DNA from: an uncultured delta proteobacterium
GTDB taxonomy: Bacteria; Myxococcota; Myxococcia; SLRQ01
Direction: 5' to 3'
DNA: 64,000 nt
Assembly (NCBI GenBank): GCA_963727485.1
Contig: CAVSGM010000011.1
Span: 768,001 to 832,000 of the forward strand
A model generated the notes under the pieces. It did not search any database. It saw only the letters and a program-made list of their open reading frames with translations, and was not told where the DNA came from. The position numbers were made by a program, and so were the translations under genes. Within the stretch, counting starts at the first letter, position 1, and each line of letters starts with the position of its first letter. Below are positions 11,976-23,276 of the stretch, in pieces.

Positions 11976-12630
11976 GAGCCTGTTGAGGGAGCGCCCCCGC
12001 GGGAGGATCCTTCGCCGGGGGCCTGACGGCCGGCCGGAGGCCGGTCCGGTTCTCCCGGGGGTTGGGGTTTGGAGGGCTCCGGGCCACTTGGTGCCCGGAG
12101 TCTTCCGCGGCTCACCCGCTCAGGTGGTCGCGAGCTCCGCCCGGTAGAGCTTCAGCAGGTTGTGCGTCAGGCAGTACCGGCTCCACTCCCCGCGCGCCTT
12201 CTTCAGCCCGCGCAGAAGCAGCTGCCGCACTCCTCGGGCCCCTTTGATCTGCCCCAAGACCGGCTCCACGATCACCTTCCGCCGGGCGTAGATCGCGTGC
12301 CGCTTATTCGTGGCCAGCTTCCGGGCCATGCGTTGCCTCGGCGTCGCATCCGTCGGTAGCGGGCCCCGGGCCGCGACCGGTTTCTCCCCGTGTTTCGGCC
12401 GCCCCGTCGCGAGGTACACGTCGATGCCCATCTCGCTCACGGCCTCCGCGTTCGCCGCCACCCAGTAGCCGTTGTCCGCCGTGAGCCGCGCCGGCGCCTG
12501 CCCGCAGCTCTGCACCGCCCGGCGCATCAGCGGGACCAGATGCGCCTGGTCCGGCGACTGGTGCGTCGTCCGAACGGGATCACACCCACCTGCTCGGTGT
12601 CGATCCCCTCCGGGTTGCTTCAGCAGGCTC
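11976..12630 (-). mobile_element. Internally deleted IS1182-like insertion element (about 655 bp)
   Basis: Terminal IRs GAGCCTGTTGA (11976) and TCAGCAGGCTC (ends 12630), flanked by CTGG and CTAG; contains a transposase C-terminal fragment. Confidence 0.75.
12120..12570 (-). pseudogene. IS1182-family (DDE) transposase, C-terminal fragment
   Basis: LTADNGY, YARRKVIVEPVLGQIK, LLRGLKKARGEW, THNLLKL; no N-terminal half present. Confidence 0.8.
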
Positions 12631-13964
<1,334 letters not shown>

Positions 13965-13968
<4 letters not shown>

Positions 13969-16187
13969 GACACCGCCTCCGCCCGATGGCCGGTGCCCTC
14001 GTAGGGGAGCCGCACCGCGAACACCGTGCCCTCGGGCCCGGTCCGCTCCACCTCCAACCGTCCGTCCATGTCCTCGATGATACCGCGGCTGACGAAGAGC
14101 CCCAGGCCGGTGCCCCGACCGCTGGGCTTGGTGGTGAAGAAGGGCTCGAAGACCCGGCGCTGCACCGCCTCGGGGATCCCGGTGCCCGTGTCCCGGGCCC
14201 GGAGCACCACCAGGTCCCCCTCGAGGGTGGTGGTGAAGGTCAGGGTGCCGCCCTCGGACATGGCGTCGAGGGCGTTGATGCCGAGGTTGAGGAGCACCTG
14301 CACCAGGTGATCCTCCCGGGTGCGGATGCCCGGGAGGTGCTCGGCGAGGGCGGTCTCGATCTGGATGGTCCGGGCCCGCGGCTCGTGACGCAGGAGGCGG
14401 ACCACGTCCTCGACCACCTGGTTCGCCGACACCAGGGTGACCTCCTCGCGCTGGCGCCTTGCGAAGTCGACGATGTCGCGCAGCAGCCGGGAGATGCGCT
14501 CGACCTGCCGGCCCACGATGCCCAGGGTCTCCCGGGTGTGGGTCTCGTCGCCGCCCTCGGCGAGCTTCAGCTGGCTCTGGATGGCGGCCAGGGGGTTGCC
14601 GATCTCGTGGGCCACCCCGGCGGCCAGCAGGCCGAAGGCCGCCATCTTCTCCTGGTGCATCATCTGGGCCTGCACCTGCCGCTCGGCGGTGACCACCCGC
14701 GCGATCTCCACCACCGAGCCCACCTCGCCCGCGTGGTCGTGCACCGGGTAGGTCTCCACGTGGAAGATTTCGGTGCCGCCGAGGGTGTGCTGGGTCCGGT
14801 CCACCGAGACCGTCCGGCCGGTGGCCAGGGTCTGCTCGGCGGGGCACCCGGAGTGGTCGGCGGTGTCGAAGGCCTCGCAGCAGTGGGAGCCCACCACAGT
14901 GTCCCCGTGGAGGCGCCGGGCGGTGTCGTTGGCCTGGGTGACGACGAGATCGCGATCGTAGACCAGGACCCGGTAGTCGATGGAGTTGAGGAGCAGCTCG
15001 CTGAAGCGCCGGCTCTCCTCGAGGCTCCGGGTCCGCTCCTCGACCCGGTGCTCCAGCAGCCGGTAGGAGTCGGCGAGGGCCTCGCTCATCTCGTTGAAGG
15101 TCCGCGCCAGGTGGGCGACCTCCTTGGGGCCCTTGGGGGGCACCCGGGCGCCGAGGGCCCCGCCGGTGAGACGGGCGGCGGCGTCGGCCAGGGCCTCGAG
15201 GGGCCGCACCAGCCCCCGGGAGGTGAAGAACACCGCCAGGGTGAGGAGGATCGCCAGCGCGGTGCCCATGGCGACCGCCTGGGCCCGGATGTGGTGGAGG
15301 CTGGCCAGGGCCGCCGAGAGGGGCTCCTCGACCACCACCCCCGCGGGGATCCCCGAGAGGGGCGCGTAGGCGACGATGGCGTCGTCCCCGCCGGGGAGCT
15401 CCCAGGTCGCGGTGTGGGTCCCTCGACCGAGGCCGCCGTGGGCGAGGTCGAGGTGGTCCGGGGCGGTGCGGTCGTCGGCGAGGGAGGTGGCGAGGACCCG
15501 ACCGGCGTCGTCGACCAGGTAGAGGGCGGCGTGGCTGGTCCGCTCCCGGCCCACGTGGACCAGGGCGTCGTGGATGCGGAAGCGGAAGCGGCCGCAGAAG
15601 TAGCCGAGGAAGTGCCCGAGGCTGTCGTGGACCGGCGTGGTCACCGAGAGCACCGGCTCGTCGCCCTGGGAGGCGAAGCCGGGGAGGCTCCCGGCGTCGG
15701 GCCCGAGGGTGCGGCAGGCCGGGAGCGTCGAGCCCAGGGGCCGCTCCGGGTGGGAGGTGCCCATGACCGTCCGGTCCGGGGCCAGGACCAGGAACTCCCG
15801 GGCGTCGGCGTCCTCGGCCACCTTGGCCCGCAGGAGGCGCTCCAGGGCGTTCTCCACCGACTGGCGGGTCTCCTGGGTGGTCACGCCCTTGATGCTGCGC
15901 AGGAGGCCGAAGAGGTGCTCGTTGCCCGCCACCAGGGAGGAGACCAGGGCCCGCTTCGAGGCGACGAAGCCGCTGGACTCGGAGGCCGCCAGGGAGGCCA
16001 CGTTGCGCACGTTCCGGTCGGCGGTGGCGTGCACGTAGCGGCCGGTCTGGATGTAGCCCCAGAGGTTGGTGATGAGCAGGGGCCCGAGGGAGAAGATGAT
16101 GAAGAGGAGGAAGAGGCGCTGCGCCAGGCTCCGCTCGCGCGTGGGGCGGCCCTCCGTGCCCCCCGGCGCGGTGTCGTGCGCAGACAT
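13965..16187 (-). CDS. Membrane sensor histidine kinase (periplasmic sensor, HAMP, PAS, HisKA, HATPase)
   Basis: Two TM segments, HAMP (RPLEAL...EVAHLARTFNEM), AHEIGNPL, NALDAM, FEPFFTTK, GTGLGL; 4-bp overlap with the regulator. Confidence 0.93.
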
Positions 16188-16443
16188 TGCTGGCTCCTCC
16201 GCCCCTCGCCGGGGCCGGGCGGAGGATTATGCACCATCCGGTCCAGAACCGCGATCAGGGGCGAATGGCCCCGAAAATCAACCGGTAGAACTTGCAGCTG
16301 GGCTGATTGACGGCAGGAACCGGGGGCCTAGTTGCGCAAATAATGCACATACGCCGGGGATCCCCCGAGAGGTCGCGCGCACGAGCTGCGAACACGGGGG
16401 CCGGGCCTGGCGCCGGGGGCCGGCCCGGCCGCCAGGAAACGGA

Positions 16444-16476
16444 AGGCCCCGCCCGGGACGTGCCCGGGCGGGGCCT
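16444..16476 (-). terminator. Hairpin terminator
   Basis: AGGCCCCGCCCGGG-ACGTG-CCCGGGCGGGGCCT, 14-bp stem followed by TCCGTTT on the minus strand. Confidence 0.6.
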
Positions 16477-16527
16477 GGGATCGATCCCGGCGGGAGTGGA
16501 GAGGGTCGCCGGGACCGGTGTCGGACG

Positions 16528-16743
16528 TCACGAGGCCTCGAGGAGGGCGGCGGTGTGGACCGCCGGGGCCGGGGTCGGGACCCGGGTCGACTGGAGGTCG
16601 GTCAGCACCGGCGCGGTCCGGTTCGGGCCGCCAGGGGCGTCGGGCCCGACGGGGGGCCGCAGGAAGCCGGCGGCGCTCACCGCGAGGACCGCGGCGACCA
16701 GAAGACCCGTGAACACACCGAAGATTCGATTGAAGACGACCAT
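16528..16743 (-). CDS. Small hypothetical membrane/exported protein
   Basis: AAGGAG RBS upstream; MVVFNRIFGVFTGLLVAAVLAVSAAGF hydrophobic stretch; followed by a terminator. Confidence 0.5.
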   Translation of the reverse strand: MVVFNRIFGVFTGLLVAAVLAVSAAGFLRPPVGPDAPGGPNRTAPVLTDLQSTRVPTPAPAVHTAALLEAS

Positions 16744-16856
16744 GACCTGCTCCTTGCTTCGCTGTCCCCTCCGGACATGCAGGGATACGCGGGCGGGGCC
16801 GCCCCATTTCACCGGGGCCCGGCCGCGAGCCGGGGCCGGGGTGGGACGCCCGGCGC

Positions 16857-17495
16857 TCAGCCCCGGAGGGCGAGGGCGAGGAGGAGCTGGCCGCCGTAGT
16901 AGAGGGGCAGGCCCCAGAGGCGGTTGGTGGGGCCCGGGGCCACGAAGCGGTCCCGGGCCACCGAGAGGTCCGAGAGGTAGAAGGCCACCGCGCCGGCGAG
17001 AAGCCAGGGGTCGAAGCGCAGCGCCACCGTGGCCACCGCCCCGGCGACCATCACGGTGATGGCCAGGGCGTAGAGGCGCACGGGCAGCCGCATCCCGTCC
17101 GAGACGTGGGGCGAGAGCCACCGGAGCACCAGGTGCCGGGGCACCAGCAGCACCGCCAGCGCCCCGGCCGCCACCCAGGGCGAGAGCCCCCGGACGGCGA
17201 AGGCGGCGGCGTAGGCGACGTGGGCCGCGAGGAAGCTCCCCAGGCCCGCGAGGAAGGCCGCCTTGGCCTTGGGGATGAGGAGGACGTCGCCGACCCAGGA
17301 GAGGGCGAACCCGGCGAGCAGGAGCCACCCGAAGGCGCTGCGCGTGGCGCCGAGGCCCAGCGCCACCAGGAGGAAGCCGGTGGACGCGGCGGGCTTGGCC
17401 ACCGCGGCGACCCGGCGCCAGCCGCGCACCTCGGCGACGAGGAGGACGGCGAGGCCGAGGCCGGTGAGGCCGGCGCCGGCGCCGGTGAGGCTCAT
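16857..17495 (-). CDS. YhhN/TMEM86 lysoplasmalogenase-family membrane protein
   Basis: AKP, LSWVGDVLL, FLAGLGSFLAAHVAY, FYLSDL, LYYGGQLLLA. Confidence 0.85.
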   Translation of the reverse strand: MSLTGAGAGLTGLGLAVLLVAEVRGWRRVAAVAKPAASTGFLLVALGLGATRSAFGWLLLAGFALSWVGDVLLIPKAKAAFLAGLGSFLAAHVAYAAAFAVRGLSPWVAAGALAVLLVPRHLVLRWLSPHVSDGMRLPVRLYALAITVMVAGAVATVALRFDPWLLAGAVAFYLSDLSVARDRFVAPGPTNRLWGLPLYYGGQLLLALALRG

Positions 17496-17992
17496 GGGGT
17501 CCCGGCCTCCCGGGGCCGGGGATCGTAGGGACCGATGGGGTGATCGGCGCCGCCGAGGGGGAGCACGAAGCCGTCCCCCCGGGCTTCGACATGGAGCGCG
17601 AGTCGATGGTAGAGCGAGGGGGGGAACCGGCAGGGGACCGAGAGGCCATGACGCACCACCCGGCAGTAGAGCGCGTTGTCCGGCCCGGCCATGAGGGTGG
17701 TCGGGTCCAGGTCCTCGGTGGTGCCGTCGGAGAGCCCGAGGCGCGCCGCCGCCAGGTCGCCGCCGGGCCCGGCCTCGAGGTCGAGGCGGGTCACCAGGAA
17801 GGCGGCGTCGGCCACCTCGAGGGGCGCCCGGCTCCGGCCCACCTCGAGGTGGTAGCCGCCGTCCGGGTCCGGGACCACGCAGTGGGCGAAGAGGATCGCC
17901 ACCCGCGGGTGGAGGGGCGTGTCGCCGTGGAGCCAGCGGCCGTCGGCGGTGACCCGGATGGGCAGGTGCTCGAGCTCGAGGATCGTGGGCAC
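17492..17992 (-). CDS. Hypothetical protein (DUF1285-like)
   Basis: IRVTADGRWLHGDTP...EVADAAFLV...LYCRV pattern; 4-bp overlap with the downstream gene. Confidence 0.6.
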   Translation of the reverse strand: MPTILELEHLPIRVTADGRWLHGDTPLHPRVAILFAHCVVPDPDGGYHLEVGRSRAPLEVADAAFLVTRLDLEAGPGGDLAAARLGLSDGTTEDLDPTTLMAGPDNALYCRVVRHGLSVPCRFPPSLYHRLALHVEARGDGFVLPLGGADHPIGPYDPRPREAGTP

Positions 17993-18012
17993 GACGCCGA
18001 CAGGTATACCCC

Positions 18013-18324
18013 ATGAGCGGCGAGGTCCACCTGGGACCCGCCCCGGCCGAGGGGGCGCACCTCGGCTTCCGCCACGGCGACCGCTTCCTCCTGGTGGCCC
18101 GCCTCGGCGGCGCCCTCTACTGCATCGACGACTGGTGCAACCACGCCGGCTGCCTCCTCTCCGAGGGCGTCCTCGACGGCGAGGTGGTGGTCTGCCCCTG
18201 CCACAGCGGACGCTTCCGGGTCCGCGACGGCGTCAACGTCACCGAGGTCCGGCTCTGCGCCGACCAGGCGACCTACCCCGTGACCGAGCGCGACGGCGAG
18301 GTCTACCTCCTGGGAGACACGTGA
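18013..18324 (+). CDS. Rieske [2Fe-2S] ferredoxin
   Basis: CNHAGC and CPCH Rieske boxes, 103 aa. Confidence 0.88.
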   Translation: MSGEVHLGPAPAEGAHLGFRHGDRFLLVARLGGALYCIDDWCNHAGCLLSEGVLDGEVVVCPCHSGRFRVRDGVNVTEVRLCADQATYPVTERDGEVYLLGDT

Positions 18325-18947
18325 TGACCACCCCCCGCGACGTCCTCGAGTGGCACGCCGAGCTGGACACCGGCGAGGTCGAGCCCCATCCCGCCTTCAG
18401 CCTCTACCCGGGCTCCACCGCGCTCCTGGTCATCGACCTGCAGGGGCGCGTCGGGGCCGCCATGCCCGAGGCGATCTGGGCGCGGACGGTGCACAACGCC
18501 ACCCTCCTCCTGGAGGCGGCGCAGCGCCTGGCGCTGCCGGTGATCGCCACCGAGCAGAACCCGGCGGGCCTCGGCCCCATCGACGAGGCGGTGCGCGCGG
18601 CCTTGCCCGAGGGCACCGAGCCGGTGTCCAAGATGGCCTTCAACTGCGGCGGCCTCGACGCCGTCCGGGGGCCCCTGCGCCAGGGCCGGCGCCGGCAGCT
18701 GGTGGTGTGCGGGCTGGAGACCCACGTCTGCGTGTTCCAGTCGGTGCGCTACCTGGTGGAGCGCGGGTTCTTCGTCCACGTGGTCGCCGACGCGACGTGC
18801 AGCCGGGCCAAGGAGAACTGGCGCCGGGGCCTGGAGCTGATGGCCGGGGCCGGGGCCACGGTGACCTCCACCGAGACGGTGATCTACGACCTGCTCCAGA
18901 CCGCCGAGCACCCGGCGTTCCGGGCGCTCCAGGCGCGGATCAAGTGA
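18324..18947 (+). CDS. Isochorismatase-family hydrolase
   Basis: LLVIDLQ, TEQNPAGLG, KMAFNC, GLETHVCVFQS, VVADATCSR. Confidence 0.88.
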   Translation: MTTPRDVLEWHAELDTGEVEPHPAFSLYPGSTALLVIDLQGRVGAAMPEAIWARTVHNATLLLEAAQRLALPVIATEQNPAGLGPIDEAVRAALPEGTEPVSKMAFNCGGLDAVRGPLRQGRRRQLVVCGLETHVCVFQSVRYLVERGFFVHVVADATCSRAKENWRRGLELMAGAGATVTSTETVIYDLLQTAEHPAFRALQARIK

Positions 18948-19492
18948 GCGGCCACGGCCACGGGCACGGGCATGGCCACCCCGTCCACGGCGACGCCCAC
19001 GGCCACGACCACGGCGACCCGAGCACCGTCTCGGTCCTGGTGGTCACCGTCTCCGACACCCGCACCGCCGCCGACGACGCCGGGGGCGACGCGGTCTGCG
19101 CCGCCCTCGAGGCCGCGGGTCACCGCCTCGCCGGCCGCCACCGCGTCCCCGACGATCCCGAGGCGGTCGGTCGCCTCCTCGACGAGGCCCTGCCGGCGAG
19201 CGGCGCCGACGCGGCGATCCTCACCGGCGGCACGGGCCTGACCGCCCGGGACGGCACCTACGAGGTGGTCGCCGCCCGCCTCGACAAGCGCCTCGACGGG
19301 TTCGGCGAGCTGTTCCGGATGCTCTCCTACGAGGCCCTCGGCGCGAGGGCCATGCTCTCCCGGGCCGTCGCCGGGCTCGCCTCCGGCCGCGTGATCTTCG
19401 CGATCCCGGGCAGCGAAAAGGCGGTCCACCTCGCGATGGACCGCCTCATCGTGCCGGTGCTGCCCCACGCGGTGGGGCAGGCCCGGCGGTAG
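18944..19492 (+). CDS. moaB: Molybdenum cofactor biosynthesis protein B (MoaB/MogA family) with His-rich N-terminus
   Basis: VTVSDTR, VPDD, TGGTGLTARD, GFGELFR, AMLSRAVAG, IPGS. Confidence 0.88.
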   Translation: MSGHGHGHGHGHPVHGDAHGHDHGDPSTVSVLVVTVSDTRTAADDAGGDAVCAALEAAGHRLAGRHRVPDDPEAVGRLLDEALPASGADAAILTGGTGLTARDGTYEVVAARLDKRLDGFGELFRMLSYEALGARAMLSRAVAGLASGRVIFAIPGSEKAVHLAMDRLIVPVLPHAVGQARR

Positions 19493-19505
19493 CGCTCGTT
19501 CCGGG

Positions 19506-20321
19506 CTACATCCCGGGGCTGGGGCCGTTGGACCCGCCCGGCGAGGGCCCGGTGTTGGTGCTGCCGCCCATGTCGCTGTTCCCCGGGGTGTCGGGGACCG
19601 CGTTCGGGTCGCTCTCACCGGCCTGGGCGGGCCGGGTCTGCACGTCGCCCGGGAGCTCCTTGACGCCCTCGCAGAGGCTGGTGAGCTTGCCCATGGGCTC
19701 CTTGGTCACGTACCACTTGCTGGAGTCGAGCTCCTCGAAGTTCACCAGCTTGCCGCCCTTGAAGTCGAGGGCGAGCTTGGGCATGGCCAGGTAGCGGCCG
19801 GTGGCGTCGCAGGCGCGGCGCTCGTAGATCCACTTGGTGGTGTCGCCGTGCTTCTCGATGCGGTTCGGGACCCCGATGGTGAGCATGAGCTGGGCGGGGG
19901 TCATGGAGCTGGCCACCTGGTGCTTGGCCACCAGGTCCTTCAGCTGGGCGCCGAGGCCGTCGAGGGGATCCTTGGCGCTGAACACCGACTCGAACTTCTT
20001 CTTGAAGGCGGCGTCGTCGGCCTCGCGCCAGTGGGTCTCGCAGGTGCCCTTGCAGGCGTCGGGGCCGGTGAAGTCCACCCGGTAGACGGGGGTCGAGCGC
20101 TCGATGCCGGTGACCGTGACCTTCTGCCCGGCGGTGAGGACCGGCGGGGCCCCGAAGACGTTGGGGTTGCGCCACCGCGGTCCCGAGAGGGGGCGGGCGA
20201 GGTAGTAGGTCTTCTGCTGGACGAAGCTGTAGAGGGGGTCGCCCTTCTTCACCAGCGAGGGGTTGCATCCGGCGACGGCCACCACCAGGGCGGCGGCCGC
20301 GAGCAGGCCTGTGGTACGCAT
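19506..20321 (-). CDS. Hypothetical lipoprotein
   Basis: Lipobox VAGC; MTPAQL...GVP...KWIY segment reminiscent of SmpA/BamE-like domains; low-complexity tail. Confidence 0.7.
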   Translation of the reverse strand: MRTTGLLAAAALVVAVAGCNPSLVKKGDPLYSFVQQKTYYLARPLSGPRWRNPNVFGAPPVLTAGQKVTVTGIERSTPVYRVDFTGPDACKGTCETHWREADDAAFKKKFESVFSAKDPLDGLGAQLKDLVAKHQVASSMTPAQLMLTIGVPNRIEKHGDTTKWIYERRACDATGRYLAMPKLALDFKGGKLVNFEELDSSKWYVTKEPMGKLTSLCEGVKELPGDVQTRPAQAGESDPNAVPDTPGNSDMGGSTNTGPSPGGSNGPSPGM

Positions 20322-20436
20322 GGTCTCTCCCTTTGACGTGGGGTACCGCTTGGGTGCCGCTGTGCTACCAGTCCGCCAGCCGCCCACGCAAGCACCCGCG
20401 GGGGGGAAGTCGCCAGCGCGGCCGGCGGTTCGTCCG

Positions 20437-21351
20437 ATGACCATGGTTCCAAGCGACCCCCTGCCGCCGTGGCTCGTCCCCCGGCGCTACCGGAGCCCGG
20501 GCCGGGCCCGCGCCGCCCGGGCCCGTCGCGCCGAGCGCCTCCGGCCGGTCCTCGACGCCTTCCTGGCCACCCGGGATCCGGCGGCGCACCTCGCCAGCGA
20601 CCCGGTGAGCTTCCCCCGGCGCTACGTCGATCCGGTGGACCAGGCGCTGGTGGGGCTGTTGGCCTCGACCCTGGCCTTCGGGAACGTGGCCGCGATCCGG
20701 GCCTCGGTGGGCCGGGTCCTCGCGGTCCTCGGACCCCACCCGGCGCGGGCGGTGGTCGACCTCGGCCCCGAGCGCCTCGCCTCGGAGCTCGAGGGCTTCG
20801 TCCACCGGTGGATCCGCGGTGGAGACGTGGCCGCGCTCCTCCACGGCGCCGGGCGGGTCCTCGAGCGTCGCGGATCCCTGGGCGCCGCCTTCGAGGCCGC
20901 CTTCGCCGCCCACGACGGCGCCCTGCGCCCGGCCCTCGCCGCCTTCACCGCCGAGGTCCGGGGCGACGCCCCCGGCCGGGGCCTCGCCTGGCTGCTCCCC
21001 GACGGCACCGGCCCCGGGGCCGCCAAGCGCCTCCACATGTACCTGCGGTGGATGGTCCGGGGGCCCGACGCGGTGGACCTCGGCCTCTGGGACGTGCCCC
21101 CGGCGGCCCTCCTGGTGCCCCTGGACACCCACACCGGGCGCATCGCCCGCTACGTGGGGCTCACCGGCCGCCGGGACCTCACCTGGCGCACCGCCGAGGA
21201 GGTGACCTGGAACCTCCGGGCCCTCGATCCCCGGGACCCGGTGAAGTACGACTTCGCCCTCTGCCACCTCGGCGTGAGCCGCGGCTGCCTCCACCGCCGG
21301 GAGCCGGTGACCTGTGGCCGCTGCGACCTCCGGGCCGCCTGTCGGCTCTAG
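20437..21351 (+). CDS. TIGR02757/DUF2400-family protein (HhH-GPD-related)
   Basis: SDPVSFPRRY, LAFGNV, AKRLHMYLRWMVR, DLGLW, PLDTH, DPVKYDFAL, C-terminal Cys cluster. Confidence 0.85.
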   Translation: MTMVPSDPLPPWLVPRRYRSPGRARAARARRAERLRPVLDAFLATRDPAAHLASDPVSFPRRYVDPVDQALVGLLASTLAFGNVAAIRASVGRVLAVLGPHPARAVVDLGPERLASELEGFVHRWIRGGDVAALLHGAGRVLERRGSLGAAFEAAFAAHDGALRPALAAFTAEVRGDAPGRGLAWLLPDGTGPGAAKRLHMYLRWMVRGPDAVDLGLWDVPPAALLVPLDTHTGRIARYVGLTGRRDLTWRTAEEVTWNLRALDPRDPVKYDFALCHLGVSRGCLHRREPVTCGRCDLRAACRL

Positions 21352-21442
21352 GGTGAGGCGCCGGGTCGGCGGCGGGGCGGCCCCGGGAGGGGCACCGGTC
21401 CCCCCTTTACATGGCGCCCGCCGGGGCCTTTACTTGGACGCC

Positions 21443-23276
21443 ATGGGGCGCGTGCGAGTCTGGAGCCGTCGCGCCGGCGGGCCTTGGGGGATCCTGCTGC
21501 TGGTCCTGGTCCTGGCCGCCGGTGGGTGCGCCACGAGCCTCTCGGCCCGGGGGGACAGGGCGCTGGCCGCCGGGGATTCCGAGGGGGCGCTGCAGTTCTA
21601 CCGCAAGGCCCTCGCCAAGGATCCCGGCGATCCCCAGCTGCTGGGCAAGGTCGCCGAGGCCGAGGCCCGGGTGGCCATGGCGCGGACGGGCGAGGGGGAC
21701 GCCCGCCTCGTCGCCGGGGACGCCGCCGGCGCCTACGACCGGTACCACGCCGCCCTCGCGGTGAAGCCCGGCGACCCGGCGGCGACGGCCGGGGCGGCCG
21801 AGGCCCTGGGCCGGATCACCACCGAGGTCCGGACCCGGATCGACAAGGGCGCGTTCCAGGCCGCCCTCGACCATCTCGCCGCGGCGCAGAAGGCCGGGGT
21901 GCCGGCGGCCGCGGTCGCCGGGCTCCGCACCCAGGCCCGGGCTGGCCTCGCCCGGGCCGCCTGCGCCACCGGGAAGGCCTTCGAGGAGAAGGGCCTGCCG
22001 GGCAACGCGCTGCTCGCCTACCGCCGGGCCCGGCGCCTCGCCGGGGGCGGGTGCGGCGCCGCCGCGGCGGTGGTGCGCCTCCGGGGCGAGCTCGAGCGCG
22101 CGGTGCTCCTCGGGCTCCAGGTGAAGGTGGCGGGGGAGGGCCTCGACACCCTGATGGCCCCGGCCCTCGCCTGGGTGGCGGGCACCGGGGTGCCCATGCG
22201 CGTCGAGGGCCTGCCGCCGGCGCCGGCGACCGCCGACCCCGAAGGCCACCGCGACCCCGAAGGCCACCGCGACCCCGAAGGCGACCGCGACCCCGAAGGC
22301 GACCGCGACCCCGAAGGCGACCGCGACCCCGCCGGCCCGGCCGTCGCCGACGCCGACCGCCACGGTCCAGGTCACGGGCACCGTCACCGTGAAGACCGGC
22401 CACACCGAGACCGCGACCACCCTCACCCTGGTGCGCAAGGTCGGGGAGAAGACCGAGGCGAACCCCGAGTACAAGACCCTGCGCCGCCAGGCGGAGCAGC
22501 TCCTCAACCAGTACCACCAGCTCGAGGACCGGGTGTTCTCCCAGGCCCGGTACGTCCAGGCGCTCCACCAGGCCTACCTCCAGAGCCCGACCCCGGCCCT
22601 CTTCAACAGCCTCCAGGACGCCCTGCAGGTCCTCGACGACCTCAAGCAGCAGGCCGACGACATGGGCAGCCAGTACAACCGGGTCCGGGCGAAGCTGGGG
22701 CAGACCGCCGAGCTGCTCAAGAAGACGGTGACCGAGGACGCCAAGGTGAAGGCCACCGACGTCCGGGAGCACGCGACGGCCACCGGCGCGCTCACGATCA
22801 CCGCCCCCTGGCTGAAGGCGCCGGTGGAGCTGCCCCTCGACTTCGAGGTCAACGCCCAGGGCTATGCCTGGGACGCGGTGAAGGACAAGGGCATCCCCGC
22901 CCAGGTGGCGCCGGTGCCGGGCACCGTGGTCCTGATCCGCCGGGCGCGTCTCGGGGTCGGGCGCAAGCTCCTCCAGGCGGTGAAGGACGCCATCGAGGTC
23001 CGGGCCGACGCCCTGGTCGACGCCGGCGCCTCGGCCCGGAAGCGCGGGGACGCCGACACCGCCGTGGAGCGCTACGTCCAGGCCCTGATCCTCGATCCCA
23101 CCGCGCCCCGGCCGGCGATCCGCGGCTACCTCACCGACGCCCGGGGGGCCACCCTCGACGCGGTGAAGGCCCCGGGTCCGCTCACCGCCCCGACGCCGGC
23201 GCCGCCGACCCACGAGGCGAAGCCCGCCCCGGGGAAGGCGACGGCGGCCGAGAAGCGCGCGCCGGGGGCGGGCTGA
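21443..23276 (+). CDS. TPR-containing lipoprotein with (TPKATA)n linker and coiled-coil region (frameshift near 22232)
   Basis: Lipobox AGGC; TPR-like helices; removing one C at the repeat start joins the ORF to the 22389-23276 frame. Confidence 0.7.
22235..22331 (+). repeat. 18-bp tandem repeat x5 plus a partial copy (GACCCCGAAGGC[C/G]ACCGC)
   Basis: Units start at 22235, 22253, 22271, 22289 and 22307; encodes TPKATA. Confidence 0.95.

Noticed and set aside
22235..22331. CRISPR-like array
   Set aside because: Head-to-tail 18-bp repeats with no spacers, inside a coding region, and no cas genes
23182..23276. Convergent 95-bp gene overlap as antisense regulation
   Set aside because: Both tails are low-complexity; stop-codon drift in high-GC DNA or an indel explains it
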